Position numbers and translations under genes: made by a program
Shown: positions 39,001 through 50,192 of the stretch, in pieces
Layout of the letters: each line of letters begins with the position of its first letter
Numbering within the stretch: the stretch's first letter is position 1
Assembly (NCBI GenBank): GCA_965637545.1
Contig: OZ281499.1
Location: forward strand, 4,588,001-4,652,000
Direction: 5' to 3'
Source: Phallusia mammillata
Taxonomy: Eukaryota
DNA length: 64,000 nt
Notes under the pieces: model-generated
Seen by the model: the letters and a program-made list of their open reading frames with translations, nothing else
What the model was told of the DNA's origin: nothing
Database searches by the model: none

Positions 39001-42000
39001 TTTGTTATTCAAAGGCGCAACAAACTGATTTTTTGGATTATTTTGGAGGAATAACTGCTTGTGCAGTTGGTCTTGGAACGAAACGTTACAAAATCGCCTT
39101 AACAGGAGCAATGCAGGTGGGTGCTTACAATTACGTCATGAGCATTCCTAAAAGCATATCTTAAACCTAAATGCTTTGGGGGTTTGTCCATGGTTTTTCA
39201 ATATACTGATTAAAGCTATTTAGATTGGTTTGACAATGAAATCAATGCCTAGCTGTCCAGCAACTTCAGTGGACGATACCATGTCATCAATGGAGAAAAG
39301 GTGTGACACCGTTGAAATATTTGTGCGCAAAAAATTCCGTTAAAATTATTGCAGGATTTTTGTTTGTTATAAAACTTAGTTTGGACCTTTGTAAGAATTT
39401 CATCTTTTCAACTTTGGACCGTGTCGTTACATTTTTTCAGTAAACTAAGCGTTTCCATTTCGCTTGCAATAATAAAATTAGATGTTTGAGTATATTAACT
39501 TACATGTCATCATTTTGAATTACCACATTTTCCTCTTTAGCTTAAAGTTTGCGTTTGAATACGAGAAATTAGATCCTAAAGATTTGGACTTCAGTGCAAT
39601 GGATGCATCGGCTGTTCCTATATTAATGATGAGTGATTTGCTGAAGGACAGATCTCAGCTTTTGCAAGATTTGCAATGTCTTTTCAACGACACCACTTCA
39701 GAAAACGTAAGTGCACATGCATTATATTTTCAAACAAGTTTCAAAAACATGGAATCTAATACGTCATAGGCTCGCAGTCTAGAAAGACTGATGAACGAAT
39801 ATTTTCTGGATGGCTCGTTTCGAATCAAGCTAATTGACACATTGATTACCATTGACGTTCAACTTAAGGTAAGTTGCAATTGGGTGCTCTGTGGATTGTG
39901 GACATATTATGAAACTAAAAAACTAAGTTAAACTGATTTCAAACGGGACTTATGAAACTTCACGAATTGCGCCAGAGCATTTGCTAATGCATATTTTCTT
40001 GAATTGCAGCAAATCATGTACAACAGACAGCTGTTAGTGGATATTGATGCCGAAGTTAGAGAGGCCGTCGAAAAGACCATAAACAATGCTTCCGTGCAGG
40101 GAATGTCAACCTACACTGACATGTTGCTAAAGTGAGTGTCTAAAGTATTTTCTAAGTTTTCTTTTTGTTTCACATGTAACACAAATATGGCGGGAAGGTA
40201 AAATCAAGTCATCATTATCCAATGTGACAACTTTTGTCTAAATAAAAAACACGTTAATGTTATTGAATTTATGAGTTATGTTTTTCATTTATTTTTTTAA
40301 TCCATATGCAATTAAACGGATTGCACTTTTGCTGTTGCTATTATTTTACAGTTTGTACCAACAACAAGAAAACGCCATCATGAAATCAATTTACGAATTA
40401 TCAAAAGCTTATCAATATGAAAGTCTCATAGATTATGATGCGGTTGATAAATATAACTTCCTCTTCAGCGACCAGGTATCCTTAAAACTTTTGATTTTCC
40501 ACAATCTAACTTAATAATTTACTAAGTTTAAAGAGCTCTTCTGGCAAATGTAATTTTATTCTAACGTTTCGACGTCCTCTTTTTTCTTTTGTTTATCGTG
40601 CACTGTACTAGTCGCATTCAGTGTTATTTACCCTGATGAAGACGACCTGTACAGGACATCGAAACGTCGGAATAAAACTACATTTGCCAGAAGAGCTCTT
40701 AAAACTTGATACTATGCCTGGCAGCAATAGCTTATGTATTAATAATTTACTGTTTAACTCAGGCGACGGTTGACATGTACGGGGCCTTGGTTGGAATAAC
40801 TCGACTATCCTGGATATTTCAAGACCTAATAGATCAGCGGAATTACTTCTTGGAAGTCACAGTACCTTCTAACGCTCCTAAGTCACATATTTTTACTGCA
40901 TACTGGGAATTTACCGCAGTAACAACTTTCCACTGAGGTGTAGCAACAAGTTTTACTCAGGTTAAGCTTTAACAAGATTTGTGATTTCGCAGCAAAACCA
41001 CCCAGAAGTAATCAGCGACTTAAAGCAAACTGGACAAACCATGCTTAATGTGAATGTGGATCCACTTGATCCCCGCACAACTGGTTGTGAGAGGTGTTAC
41101 AACGGCCGCTTGGTGGGGTTGTATGTTGAAGTTGACGGAGATCCACAACCCAAATCTGTGCCACCCTAGTAAGCGCTTATTCCCTGACAAACAAATGTTT
41201 ACGAAAAAAGTCTCATACACAAACGTAGCTTGGTCGAAAACTAAACTCCGTGGTATCTATATTCACTATGTCGTTCCTATAGATTCAATATAAACTCTCT
41301 ATCAGTTTGGTTTTAAGTCGACTGCACTGTTATTTGTGCATTTTATCTGCCGTAATTAGTACCTTGTATGTTTTTATAGCACTTACCTGGTTTTGGCTCA
41401 CGAAGGGGATTCAAACGTTTTGCAACCCACGGCTGACGATGGCACAACTATTGTTGAACTCCAACAAACTCCCGAAGATATCGATGGTGGCAGAATAATA
41501 ACCTTTGACTCCGCCAATTTTGTATCTTCGATCCTCGACGAGAATTTGGCTGATAAGTTTAATGAAGATGTACTGCTTGTTGTATACTTTTTAAAGGAAA
41601 ACGGTAATTACTGTTGGTGTTGTTTAGGAATACACGTTTTGCGAATATGACGCAGGCAACTTCTTTGGCTCTAAGCCGTGCAAGAGTCCATATGCAACTT
41701 ATGTGATAAAAGTACCACGAACGGATAGCTATGAATGTACGTTGGATCCAAACTACTTCATCTCGGGAACAAACTGCAAGGACTTCGACTTTTCAAAGTA
41801 ATTTTTGTCCAAAGTACATGTATATTAAGTTTAATTCAAACTTTCTTGTTACAGGTTGGACACTGTTCGGATTTATGCGAAAATTCAGTCGTGGAGTGAT
41901 TATCCTGTTGATGTTCAAGATGTAAACAGGTACACATAATAGTTTGTGTAACTTTCTGAATAGCCTTGCAAAAAAGTATATATAAACCTGCTTATAAACG

Positions 42001-42160
42001 TTATCAACGCCAAATCTGTTTGCAATCTTTTAACTGTATAAAAACTAAGGGAAATTAAGATTTCTTACCAAGCGTGTGTTTATACGAGTACTTGTGATTT
42101 ATACACAGGCGTCTGCTACGACTTAAAATGATGGAAGACAACTCACATAACATGAAATAG
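33049..42160 (+). CDS. Secreted lectin-headed, Gly-rich, Tc-toxin(TcA)-like protein, paralogue B
   Basis: ATG 33049 (MKTSVIFHAFAAIVSCFVQLGYTQ), TATAAA near 32976, GC donor at 33131, lectin-like exons 33199-33316 and 35145-35248, exon-for-exon match to paralogue A, last exon 42109-42160 (RRLLRLKMMEDNSHNMK*). Confidence 0.85.
34181..34400. mobile_element. MULE(Mutator)-type foldback MITE
   Basis: Inverted arms of about 100 bp beginning GGTAGAGCTACTAACAC; perfect 9-bp TSD TTCCCAAAC (34172-34180, 34401-34409). Confidence 0.85.
38681..38969. mobile_element. hAT-type MITE
   Basis: TIRs CAGGGGTGTCAAACTC / GAGTTGACATCCCTG; partial TSD (CTTTAGGG / TGCTAGGG). Confidence 0.75.
40524..40706. repeat. 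Palindromic element with a hammerhead-ribozyme-like core, intronic in paralogue B
   Basis: Arms AAGAGCTCTTCTGGCAAATGTA..ACGTTTCGACGTCCT / AGGACATCGAAACGT..TACATTTGCCAGAAGAGCTCTT; CTGATGA at 40633-40639, GAAACGTC at 40661-40668. Confidence 0.75.
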
Positions 42161-42599
42161 TCGTCAACGTACTGAAGAAACCTGCTTTTAAACTAATTCG
42201 TTTGACTTGTGTGTGTAAATCGAATCATAACATGAAATAAATTGGTGTCGGAAAATAATATGTTTGCACGAATAAACAGCATTTGAAGTTTAACCTACTG
42301 ATTACGATGACACAAAGCAAAATTTTCCACATATAGTGATTGTTGATAGTAGTGTATAGATAAGTAACAAATTAAACTTCTCAAACCACACTCTACTGCA
42401 AAAATATGTAAATAGCATGAAAACAAGAATATAGAGTGAGGTAAAGCGAAAGTTCGAAAAATGATGCTAGTAGTTAAAGTGTCAAGCCGATATAGGACTA
42501 TGGAGCTTACCTGCAAACATAACCACATTGGCTGAGTGAGAAGCCTACGAAAAATCGAATCACAAACACCGTCGCCTACCCAGTATCCTGCATTTTCAT

Positions 42600-42890
42600 T
42601 GTAGGAAATCACCAGACCCACCATAAGTCAGCTAAGATCAACATTCACTTATTAATGAGATTATTCCTGAAACGTTTTTGCAGACCAGCGAGCACGACCC
42701 TCTCACACATATTTTGTAGCAGGCCCAGTTTAGTGAGGGCGTCATTACTAAATCGTCATACCTGGTCAAATAGTTCTCCCAAGCGTTTTTATACGACAAA
42801 CCAAAGAATGTAAGAATGTAGCCTTCAGTGGGATTCGAACCCACGACAGAAGACAGGACTGAATGTCGGGCAACCAGTGTACTGGTTTGT
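42600..42890 (-). mobile_element. Degenerate tRNA-derived SINE-like element
   Basis: B-box GGTTCGAATCC (42841-42831) in a tRNA-3'-like context; body shares GCTAAGAT.AACAT and GCAGACCAGCGA.CACG with 49110-49200. Boundaries approximate. Confidence 0.55.
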
Positions 42891-45706
42891 GGTCAACTGT
42901 TCAAAACAATCGTAGAAACATACTATTCTTTTCAAATGTTAATAAATTAATACTTAATTGCTGTTAAATTACGAACATAATATCATGTGTAGTCTGGCAA
43001 ACCAGTCTCCTCCAAAAAACATTTAAGTTATCAACATAACCCAGTACCTTCAGGGTAATTGCCACGGTTTTTGTTTACTCTAACATTTTGCCTGGTATGT
43101 TTGCATTTTGCTTAAAATAATCGTTGTGCTGCTGAAAGTCAACAGTCATTGCGACTGTAAACGAAGTGCATAGCAAACAGCTGCATTACTGCATGAGTAA
43201 TGCAAGTTGCTGTCGTTGTAAAGGAAAGTATAGAACTGTTTTACGAACCTTACGTAGAGTACTAAAGTTTTTAAACTTTGATGTATGGCAATGACAGCTA
43301 AAAGTAAAACTCTGGGCAGACAAATGCGGTGTTAAAAAAGGTCACGATCATTCTTAGATTAGGGTGATGTGTGACCGTACGACTACATGTACTGGCGACC
43401 ATGCAATGCTAAAAACGTCTTTTTTAGACATTTGGTTTCGAAATTGGTTCAAATAATATATTTTGGCCGAGAAAGATACTGTACTTTGATTGTTCAGCCT
43501 AATGTAAGTAGGTGTGCTAATTCAGCTGCTAGACGTTTTGTTGAAGGTAACAGATTTTTGTCCGAGAAAGATACTGAATTTCAATTGTCCAGCCTATTGT
43601 AAATAGGTGTGCTAGTCCAATTACTAGACTTTTTATTTAAGCTCAGTGTATATGTTGTGGGCTGTAATTGAAATTAAAACATGTGCTGCTACTAGCAATA
43701 ACGGTAGACTAATACGCACCTGGATTAGATTAGCATAAACCGAAGATATAAGCCGAGATTATTTGTTTTCTAACATGATTGCATTTCCGTCACAAATCGA
43801 TTTTTGAAATGTTGTGTTCCATCGCTGCCATTTCCAAAATAATAACAGCTAAGAATACATAAATCTGATTTAAAGTGGGATTATATCTGAAGCCTGCACA
43901 GTCTAAAGAGATGCGAGATCGTGACCATATCGATTATTTGTGTTATTACAACATTGACCGATACGACGCCAAATGAAATTCGGTCGGGATTATTTCATGC
44001 TTAAATGTTAGCACAGAGACGAATTTGAACAGTTACCTAGGGCTGTGAGGACATTTCGTGGCAGTTCCGAAAGCAGGTGAATGTTTAAAAATTGGAAGAC
44101 AGTTAAGGTTTAAAATCATGTCAGTATATAAAAGTCATTTGACATTATGATAACCTCTTAAATCAGATGTATATTTTGCGATAGAGATTACATATTATTC
44201 AAATAGAATACGATTTTCAAAATAACCTTTAAGTTTTTTACGCTTTTTATTGGGTTTACAAGCCAACTAAGCACAGTCAAATGTTACACGTTTACCTAAT
44301 TGACGATTATACACGACTATAATAACAAACAGTAAAAGGCAAAACCTATGTAAATATTTTTTTGGCAGTTTAAGAGTATTATTCTGTTTTATGATTAAAT
44401 TATTTGTAAAGTATGTTTAATCAACAACGGTTTGACAATCCACGTGTACGTCGATCAATGTCACTCTGTATCACGCCGCAATTATATTACGATCCACTAC
44501 ATTTAAGGATGCTCGACCCCATACGAAAAGATCAGGGGCACTTGTAGCTTTACTGCAACACAATCAACAACGAAATTTTCCCCTTTTTTCTTCGAGTGCT
44601 CTTCATATAGCCTGGGCGGCTGACAACCCTATTTGCCTCGCGTTAAGCTGTTGGTGATGTTGGTAAGGAGATGAATGAAACAGGATAGCACTGAAAAGGC
44701 ATTTAAAACTAGTGTATTTTGGTTTGTTAGGAAAGCATTCAGGTATTTTATTGTTTTTGGAATACATAATATAAATAGGTAACAGAGTCAACGTGGCGAG
44801 CTTTGTTACAAACGTGTAATGTTAAGTTATACAAACAGGGAATTAAGTAGCTTGTTTGTTTCTTTCATTTAATTTGACGTAACTTGCCTTTTTTAGATAA
44901 TTTGATGTTTGGTTTGCAACATACATCAACAAAAGGCAATGTTTTCAAAATAACGATCACGTATATTATACCTGTACTGATTAGGATGTTCGATATTAAC
45001 TGCTGTGTTTTAAATAGAAACGCAATCGTTTCACAGCAATCAGAAACAGACAAAAAAAAAGCCTGATACAAACATTAAGTGTTTTTCAAATGTACCTTAC
45101 AGACAGTGGTGAAAATTGAATCTGATTTAGTGGACCGTTTGCAAACGTTTGAAATATATGTTTGTTTCCAAATTTAAACATTTCTAGTGGTGGCGACAGT
45201 GAAGTGTTACGTTAGTGTATTAATTGTTTAGTGCTGAGCAATGTTGTTTGCTGGAAAGAGAAAGTACCGAACAATAAACAAATTCTCACATGATTTCTTC
45301 TTACAAGTTTAACTGATATATATTGAAATATTTGAAAGGACAAAGTTGTCATCAAGTTGAAAACTTACAACCTTTCCTTTTTTAATTTATCCAAATCATG
45401 TTTATTTCAAATTGAAACGTTTGACTACAATCAGTGCTGGTGACTGTTAATGGTTAACCACTGGTGACTGTTAACGTTATCACGTTAGTGTTTTAGCCGT
45501 TTAATGCTGTCTTCCTATGTAAAGTTTTCATTCACCGACGACGGCTATGCAATAGAAAGTATAAACTGTGAAACAAAAGTTTTTTAATGCCAGTTTAATT
45601 TGTACCTTTTAAACATTAAACATTTACGGAAGCAAATTGAACATTTTAATTCTTTTTTGTTTGTTACTCCAAATATTTAGCTGATAATAGAATACATTGA
45701 CTTGGC

Positions 45707-47544
45707 ATGGCCAGCAAAGCTGTTATGACAAACTCTCGGCTTTTGAAGCGAACTACTTTCCGAGATGAAAAACTGGCAGCTGAAAAGAATGGCCAAGATA
45801 CCAACAGTTCCTGCAATAATAACAACAACAGTCATGAAGCGGTTATCAAGTGCGAGGTTTCGACTTTGAGCGGAAAAAGAATTGATCCAATGGCATCTAT
45901 ACCTGATGGAATAAAATTGGGGCTAAATGGGGTTCGTTTTTTTTTCAGTTTTTTAATGGTTCTGATTTTAAAGGAGAGTTTATTTCATTTTTAACGTATA
46001 TTTTGTCCTCGTTTAAACAGGCACCTCTTAGTTTCGATGAAAAAGTAAGATGAAGTGGTTTGCATGGATGGGTTAAATCGGTTTTTAAATGTTTAATTTC
46101 TCTATATTTGGTAAAACTGTCCAACTACTGCTTAAATTTACGCCATACAAAAATACGATAAAAAAAGGCCAAGAAAGTTCGCTTTGGGAATACGCTCGTT
46201 TGCAGAAACTTTGACTTTCAACTGAAATAAAGTTCAACTAACTGTATGAAGCAATATTAAATATTCATAGCGCCTAGTGTACAAGTATCAATGGCAAAGG
46301 GTTGGCTTTAAACAGTTTAAATAATTAACGACCACTTTTTGTGGGTTGCCTTTAAGTCAGCGGCAATCAAGAGCAATTAACTCTAATCAGCATTCAGTTA
46401 CAATTAGACGAGTGACCTTGATACTAATGAGCTCGATAATCTTTTGTTTCAGAAACCCTCGGCTCTTGTGGACAATGAAGTATTCGACGGAATGCCTGAA
46501 ATTATGCCAAGTTCAAACGGTAAATTAAGTACAGTATGTGATTTTGTACACTCAGAAATGTTGTTTAAGTATTTAAGTTTATAATTCCACAGTAATTCCA
46601 AAAATCATAGTAAATGAGATAGGTAAAAAAACAGTTAAATATCTTAGCTGTTGAATATTAGTTAACAATCAATACGTTTCTAAACACTGGTGCCCCTCAA
46701 TAGCAAAAACAGAAAATAAATCAACACACTAAGTTCGATTAGTGATATACCATGACGAGATGTTTCAAGTCAACTGGTTAAAAGCCACAAAAAATGTTTA
46801 CGTGACAAAAAAAATTAGCCTTACTGCAACGCCAATGTGTCAATAAAGTGTCACTGCGATCACCTAAACAGTTTTTTTGCATTTGCAGAAATTAAAAGAA
46901 GCACTTCCCTGCTGAAGTTTGCCTGTGAAAACGAAATGCGCACTCGCACCCCTGTGACCCTTCCTGCCCCCGAAGCGTCACCCCTTCACCCCACACGACC
47001 CTCCAGTACAGGAAGAATGTTACCCCATATTGGGTACCGGGGTTTCAAAAAGTCCCCCAGCGCACCAGGGTTAAAAACCGAAAATTTATTACTGGATGGC
47101 GCCAAATTCGCGCCTCAATCTACTTCGTCGAGGCGTCATCACGTGACCCAGTGCACAATCGACGCAAACAACTTGCAAAATCTGACCGTTGGAGGGCGCC
47201 AAGCAGTTACGCCCCCCTTGAAAGCGAACTCTTTTCCCACGCGAGCCGTGCCCTTACAAAGCGCAGTAAAGCATAACAAAGCACAACATACGCCCCCAAG
47301 TGGCAAAATGGATCCGGTACCTCCTGGTCAGACCCGACTTTTGAGTGTTCACAACCTTGAAATTGACCAACAACCACGACCGCCACCTAGCGATAGAGTG
47401 TCAATGATGAAACACAGATCGAAGACTTTCCACGGAAGGAATACGAACTCTGCAAAGCGCGACGTGAATGTACGTAGCACTCATCCACCGTTTCCCGCCC
47501 GGTCGGGGACAGAGTTAAAAGTTTTGGCCCATGATCAACGATAG
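45707..47544 (+). CDS. Unknown Pro/Ser/Arg-rich, probably disordered protein (about 320 aa)
   Basis: Exons 45707-45931, 46021-46044, 46453-46519 and 46889-47544 join in frame with GT-AG boundaries; last exon is a GC-rich 218-codon open frame; no domain recognised; start codon uncertain. Confidence 0.6.
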
Positions 47545-47737
47545 GGTATTTATGACGCCTCTTAGGAAATACGGAAATAATCTCTTCTTATGTTTCTTGC
47601 ACGGAGAAAAAGTCGTTGTATCCGATATAAGGTGTAATGTAACTTGACTTGCTCTAAGAATATTTTATCAGAAAAAGTTTATTCGATAAACTCTGAACAT
47701 CGATCTGCTTGCATTTGTTTTGAATTAAACACTAGCC

Positions 47738-48069
47738 CAGTGTTTCTTAACCTTTTTTGCGCTCGTGCCCTTTGAGCTTTCATAAAATTTTCTCGTACCC
47801 CCTGTCTACAATGGCCAACGGAAGTACATAAAATTGTAACAATCAAACTCAGTGTATCTATAACTTGGTTGTTGAATGCATGCATGAAAACAGTATTGTA
47901 AGTAGTACAAAACTAACCCGTTCTGGATACTGTATGTAACAAAGTAACTTGTTAGGCATTATTCACAAATATGCCTAAATAGCATATAATTTCACCCTGC
48001 ATGTCGTACCCCCTGCTTTGATGCTTCGTACCCTCAAGGGGTACACGTACCCCTGGTTAAGAACCCCTG
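47738..48069. mobile_element. hAT-type MITE related to 5266-5975
   Basis: TIRs CAGTGTTTCTTAACC / GGTTAAGAACCCCTG; internal CGTACCCC repeats; TSD degenerate. Confidence 0.7.
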
Positions 48070-48166
48070 TACAGCCGTTCAAAACGATAATACCAAAGAT
48101 GGTGGTATCAGTAGTTCCTCAAATAAGCCAACGTTAGCACACATTGCAAATCTCAAACATTTAAAA

Positions 48167-48586
48167 CAGCGGTTCCCAAACTGGGGTCCGCGGTCCTTTA
48201 GGGGTCCGTAAGGCAATTTTGGGGGGACCGCGAAGCGGTTGAAGTAATTCTATAATCTTATTTGGGGCCAGTTTGTGCCACTAAGAAAGTTTAAATCAAA
48301 GGAGAATTGAGAATCGACTGTCTCCATTGCTAAACAATGGCCTTTATTGAATGACAACTATCAAAAATGCAATTGTTCGCGCACAATCGTAATGTTTTTG
48401 TCCTGTTTGTGATGTCACATGCTGTCTTTGGATGATTGTCATGCGCAATTTTGCATAACTAGCTAAAATCCTGCAATCAACTTTCGTTTTTATGAAATAC
48501 ACATTTAGGCTTAAGGACCGCCAGCCCTCGAAATAATGGCAAAGGGACCGTTTTGAAAAAAATATGAAAAAGTTTGGGAACCACTG
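48167..48586. mobile_element. hAT-type MITE
   Basis: TIRs CAGCGGTTCCCAAAC / GTTTGGGAACCACTG; perfect 8-bp TSD ATTTAAAA. Confidence 0.88.
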
Positions 48587-48947
48587 ATTTAAAACAATGT
48601 TTTGCATAAAATCCGGTACGGGTCAAATTTCGATGAAATTTAGTATAAGGGTGGAGTGTATAGAGTTGTTGTAACGTTTCGTATGTTTGCCCACTCAGGA
48701 TTTTTTTCACCTAATCTTTATTTTCGCTCCTTTATTCTTCTATGATTCTGCAACTCTCGCATATATATTTTTTCTGCTGCTTTTCCTTTCTGTTCTTGCC
48801 GTATGAAAATAGATTTAGACAGTATGAGCTGTTTTGTGTCTGTGTCGTATCTTATTTTATGTGACACTGGAAGGACTGTGTTAGTCAATCGTGTTGACCT
48901 GTACTTTAAAAAAAAGTTTGATAAAAGAACGTTTGTGTTGTCGTCTA

Positions 48948-49210
48948 GTCTGCGGTTGGATTCGAACCCACAGCTTTCCGGGACTGGCGCTCTACCAACT
49001 GAGCTAAACGGGTTCAGTGGTGAACCCGTCGAAAGTTGAATCACAAGCACCGTTGCCTGCCTTGTATGCTGCACATGTCAGCATCGGAGTAAGGGACTGC
49101 CAGATTGGCCGTATTAGCTAAGATGAACATAAATTCACAACTGACATCAGCCCTAAAGCGTCTATGCAGACCAGCGATCACGGCACACTCATATAAAAAT
49201 CACAGTAGAT
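48948..49210 (-). mobile_element. tRNA-like Pol III head (49013-48948) adjoining a SINE-body segment (49210-49030)
   Basis: A-box TAGCTCAGTTGG, B-box GGTTCGAATCC; only 16 nt between D and T arms (22 expected); 9-bp hairpin ACGGGTTCA-GTGG-TGAACCCGT at 49008-49029. Confidence 0.6.
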
Positions 49211-50192
49211 GTTGGTTAGTGGTTATTAGGCTACTCAAGGAGCTTGCGCATATGTAGACACATTGTTATTAACACATTCAACACTGTGTCAGCTAAATAA
49301 ATTAGTATACAGTTAGCATAAAGTCTCCAGGTTTCATTTAGTTCTCACAATCCAGTATGTGCTTGAAGTGATTAAACTACTTAACAAGCTATTGTTTAGG
49401 ACATTTCATTCAAAATTAGGGGGTTTCTACGCATAAAAATGACCACCAGGGCTTTGATACATTTCATTTAACACACAAAACAAAATCGTTTATCTTGTCC
49501 TGTTTCCGTATGAAAAAATATCATGATATTTTTTCATGATCATGCATGATTACAGAACCTGCTTCAAGTAAATTGCTGTATCGCAAAGTCAACATTAGTT
49601 AGGAAAGAAGTTTGAATAGCAAGGCAAACATTATGCACCTTTAAAACTTGCAAATTATACAACATATCTCTAACCACACAGAAATTGCTGCTTTTTGAAA
49701 AGAGATTCAATAAATTTGTAACATATAAAAATAATAACAGCTCGATCAACTACTAAAATCAGCCAAGCGTATGAAGAAGCGGTCAGGCGTTAAATCTTTT
49801 TTCTTTTCGTCTAGGTTGCGTCCTTAGATACAGAAAGCGCCAGGCAGGTAATGTATCATTTCAACGGTTTAATTTTCCAGTAGCCCATATTATCAGCAGA
49901 TTGAGTTACACTTACTGGATACATAGTCTTAATCACTTAGGGTTTAATTAGCTGAAGTAAGATAGATTCATTCGTATACTTTCGTGTGGTCGTGGTGATA
50001 AGTTAAATAACTGAAATTCAACAAAATAGTTCTAGATTTCTACACCAAAACAGTTGTAATTAAAACGTTACTGCATGACTTTATATACTGTCAATATTAC
50101 TGATGTAGTAGGATAAGGTATAAAGATAGGTTTAAAAACGCCTAGTAACTGTATGAGCAATTAAAAGTGGTTTTAAAAGAGCATGCACTAGA

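Noticed and set aside
21990-42160. Bacterial contamination, or A and B being uncollapsed haplotypes
   Set aside because: The genes have about 20 spliceosomal introns with animal-type MITEs; A and B have largely unalignable introns and 30-40% divergent N-termini, and a third copy exists.
48948-49013. Functional tRNA gene
   Set aside because: The anticodon/variable region is about 6 nt too short, the acceptor stem pairs poorly, and no anticodon can be assigned.
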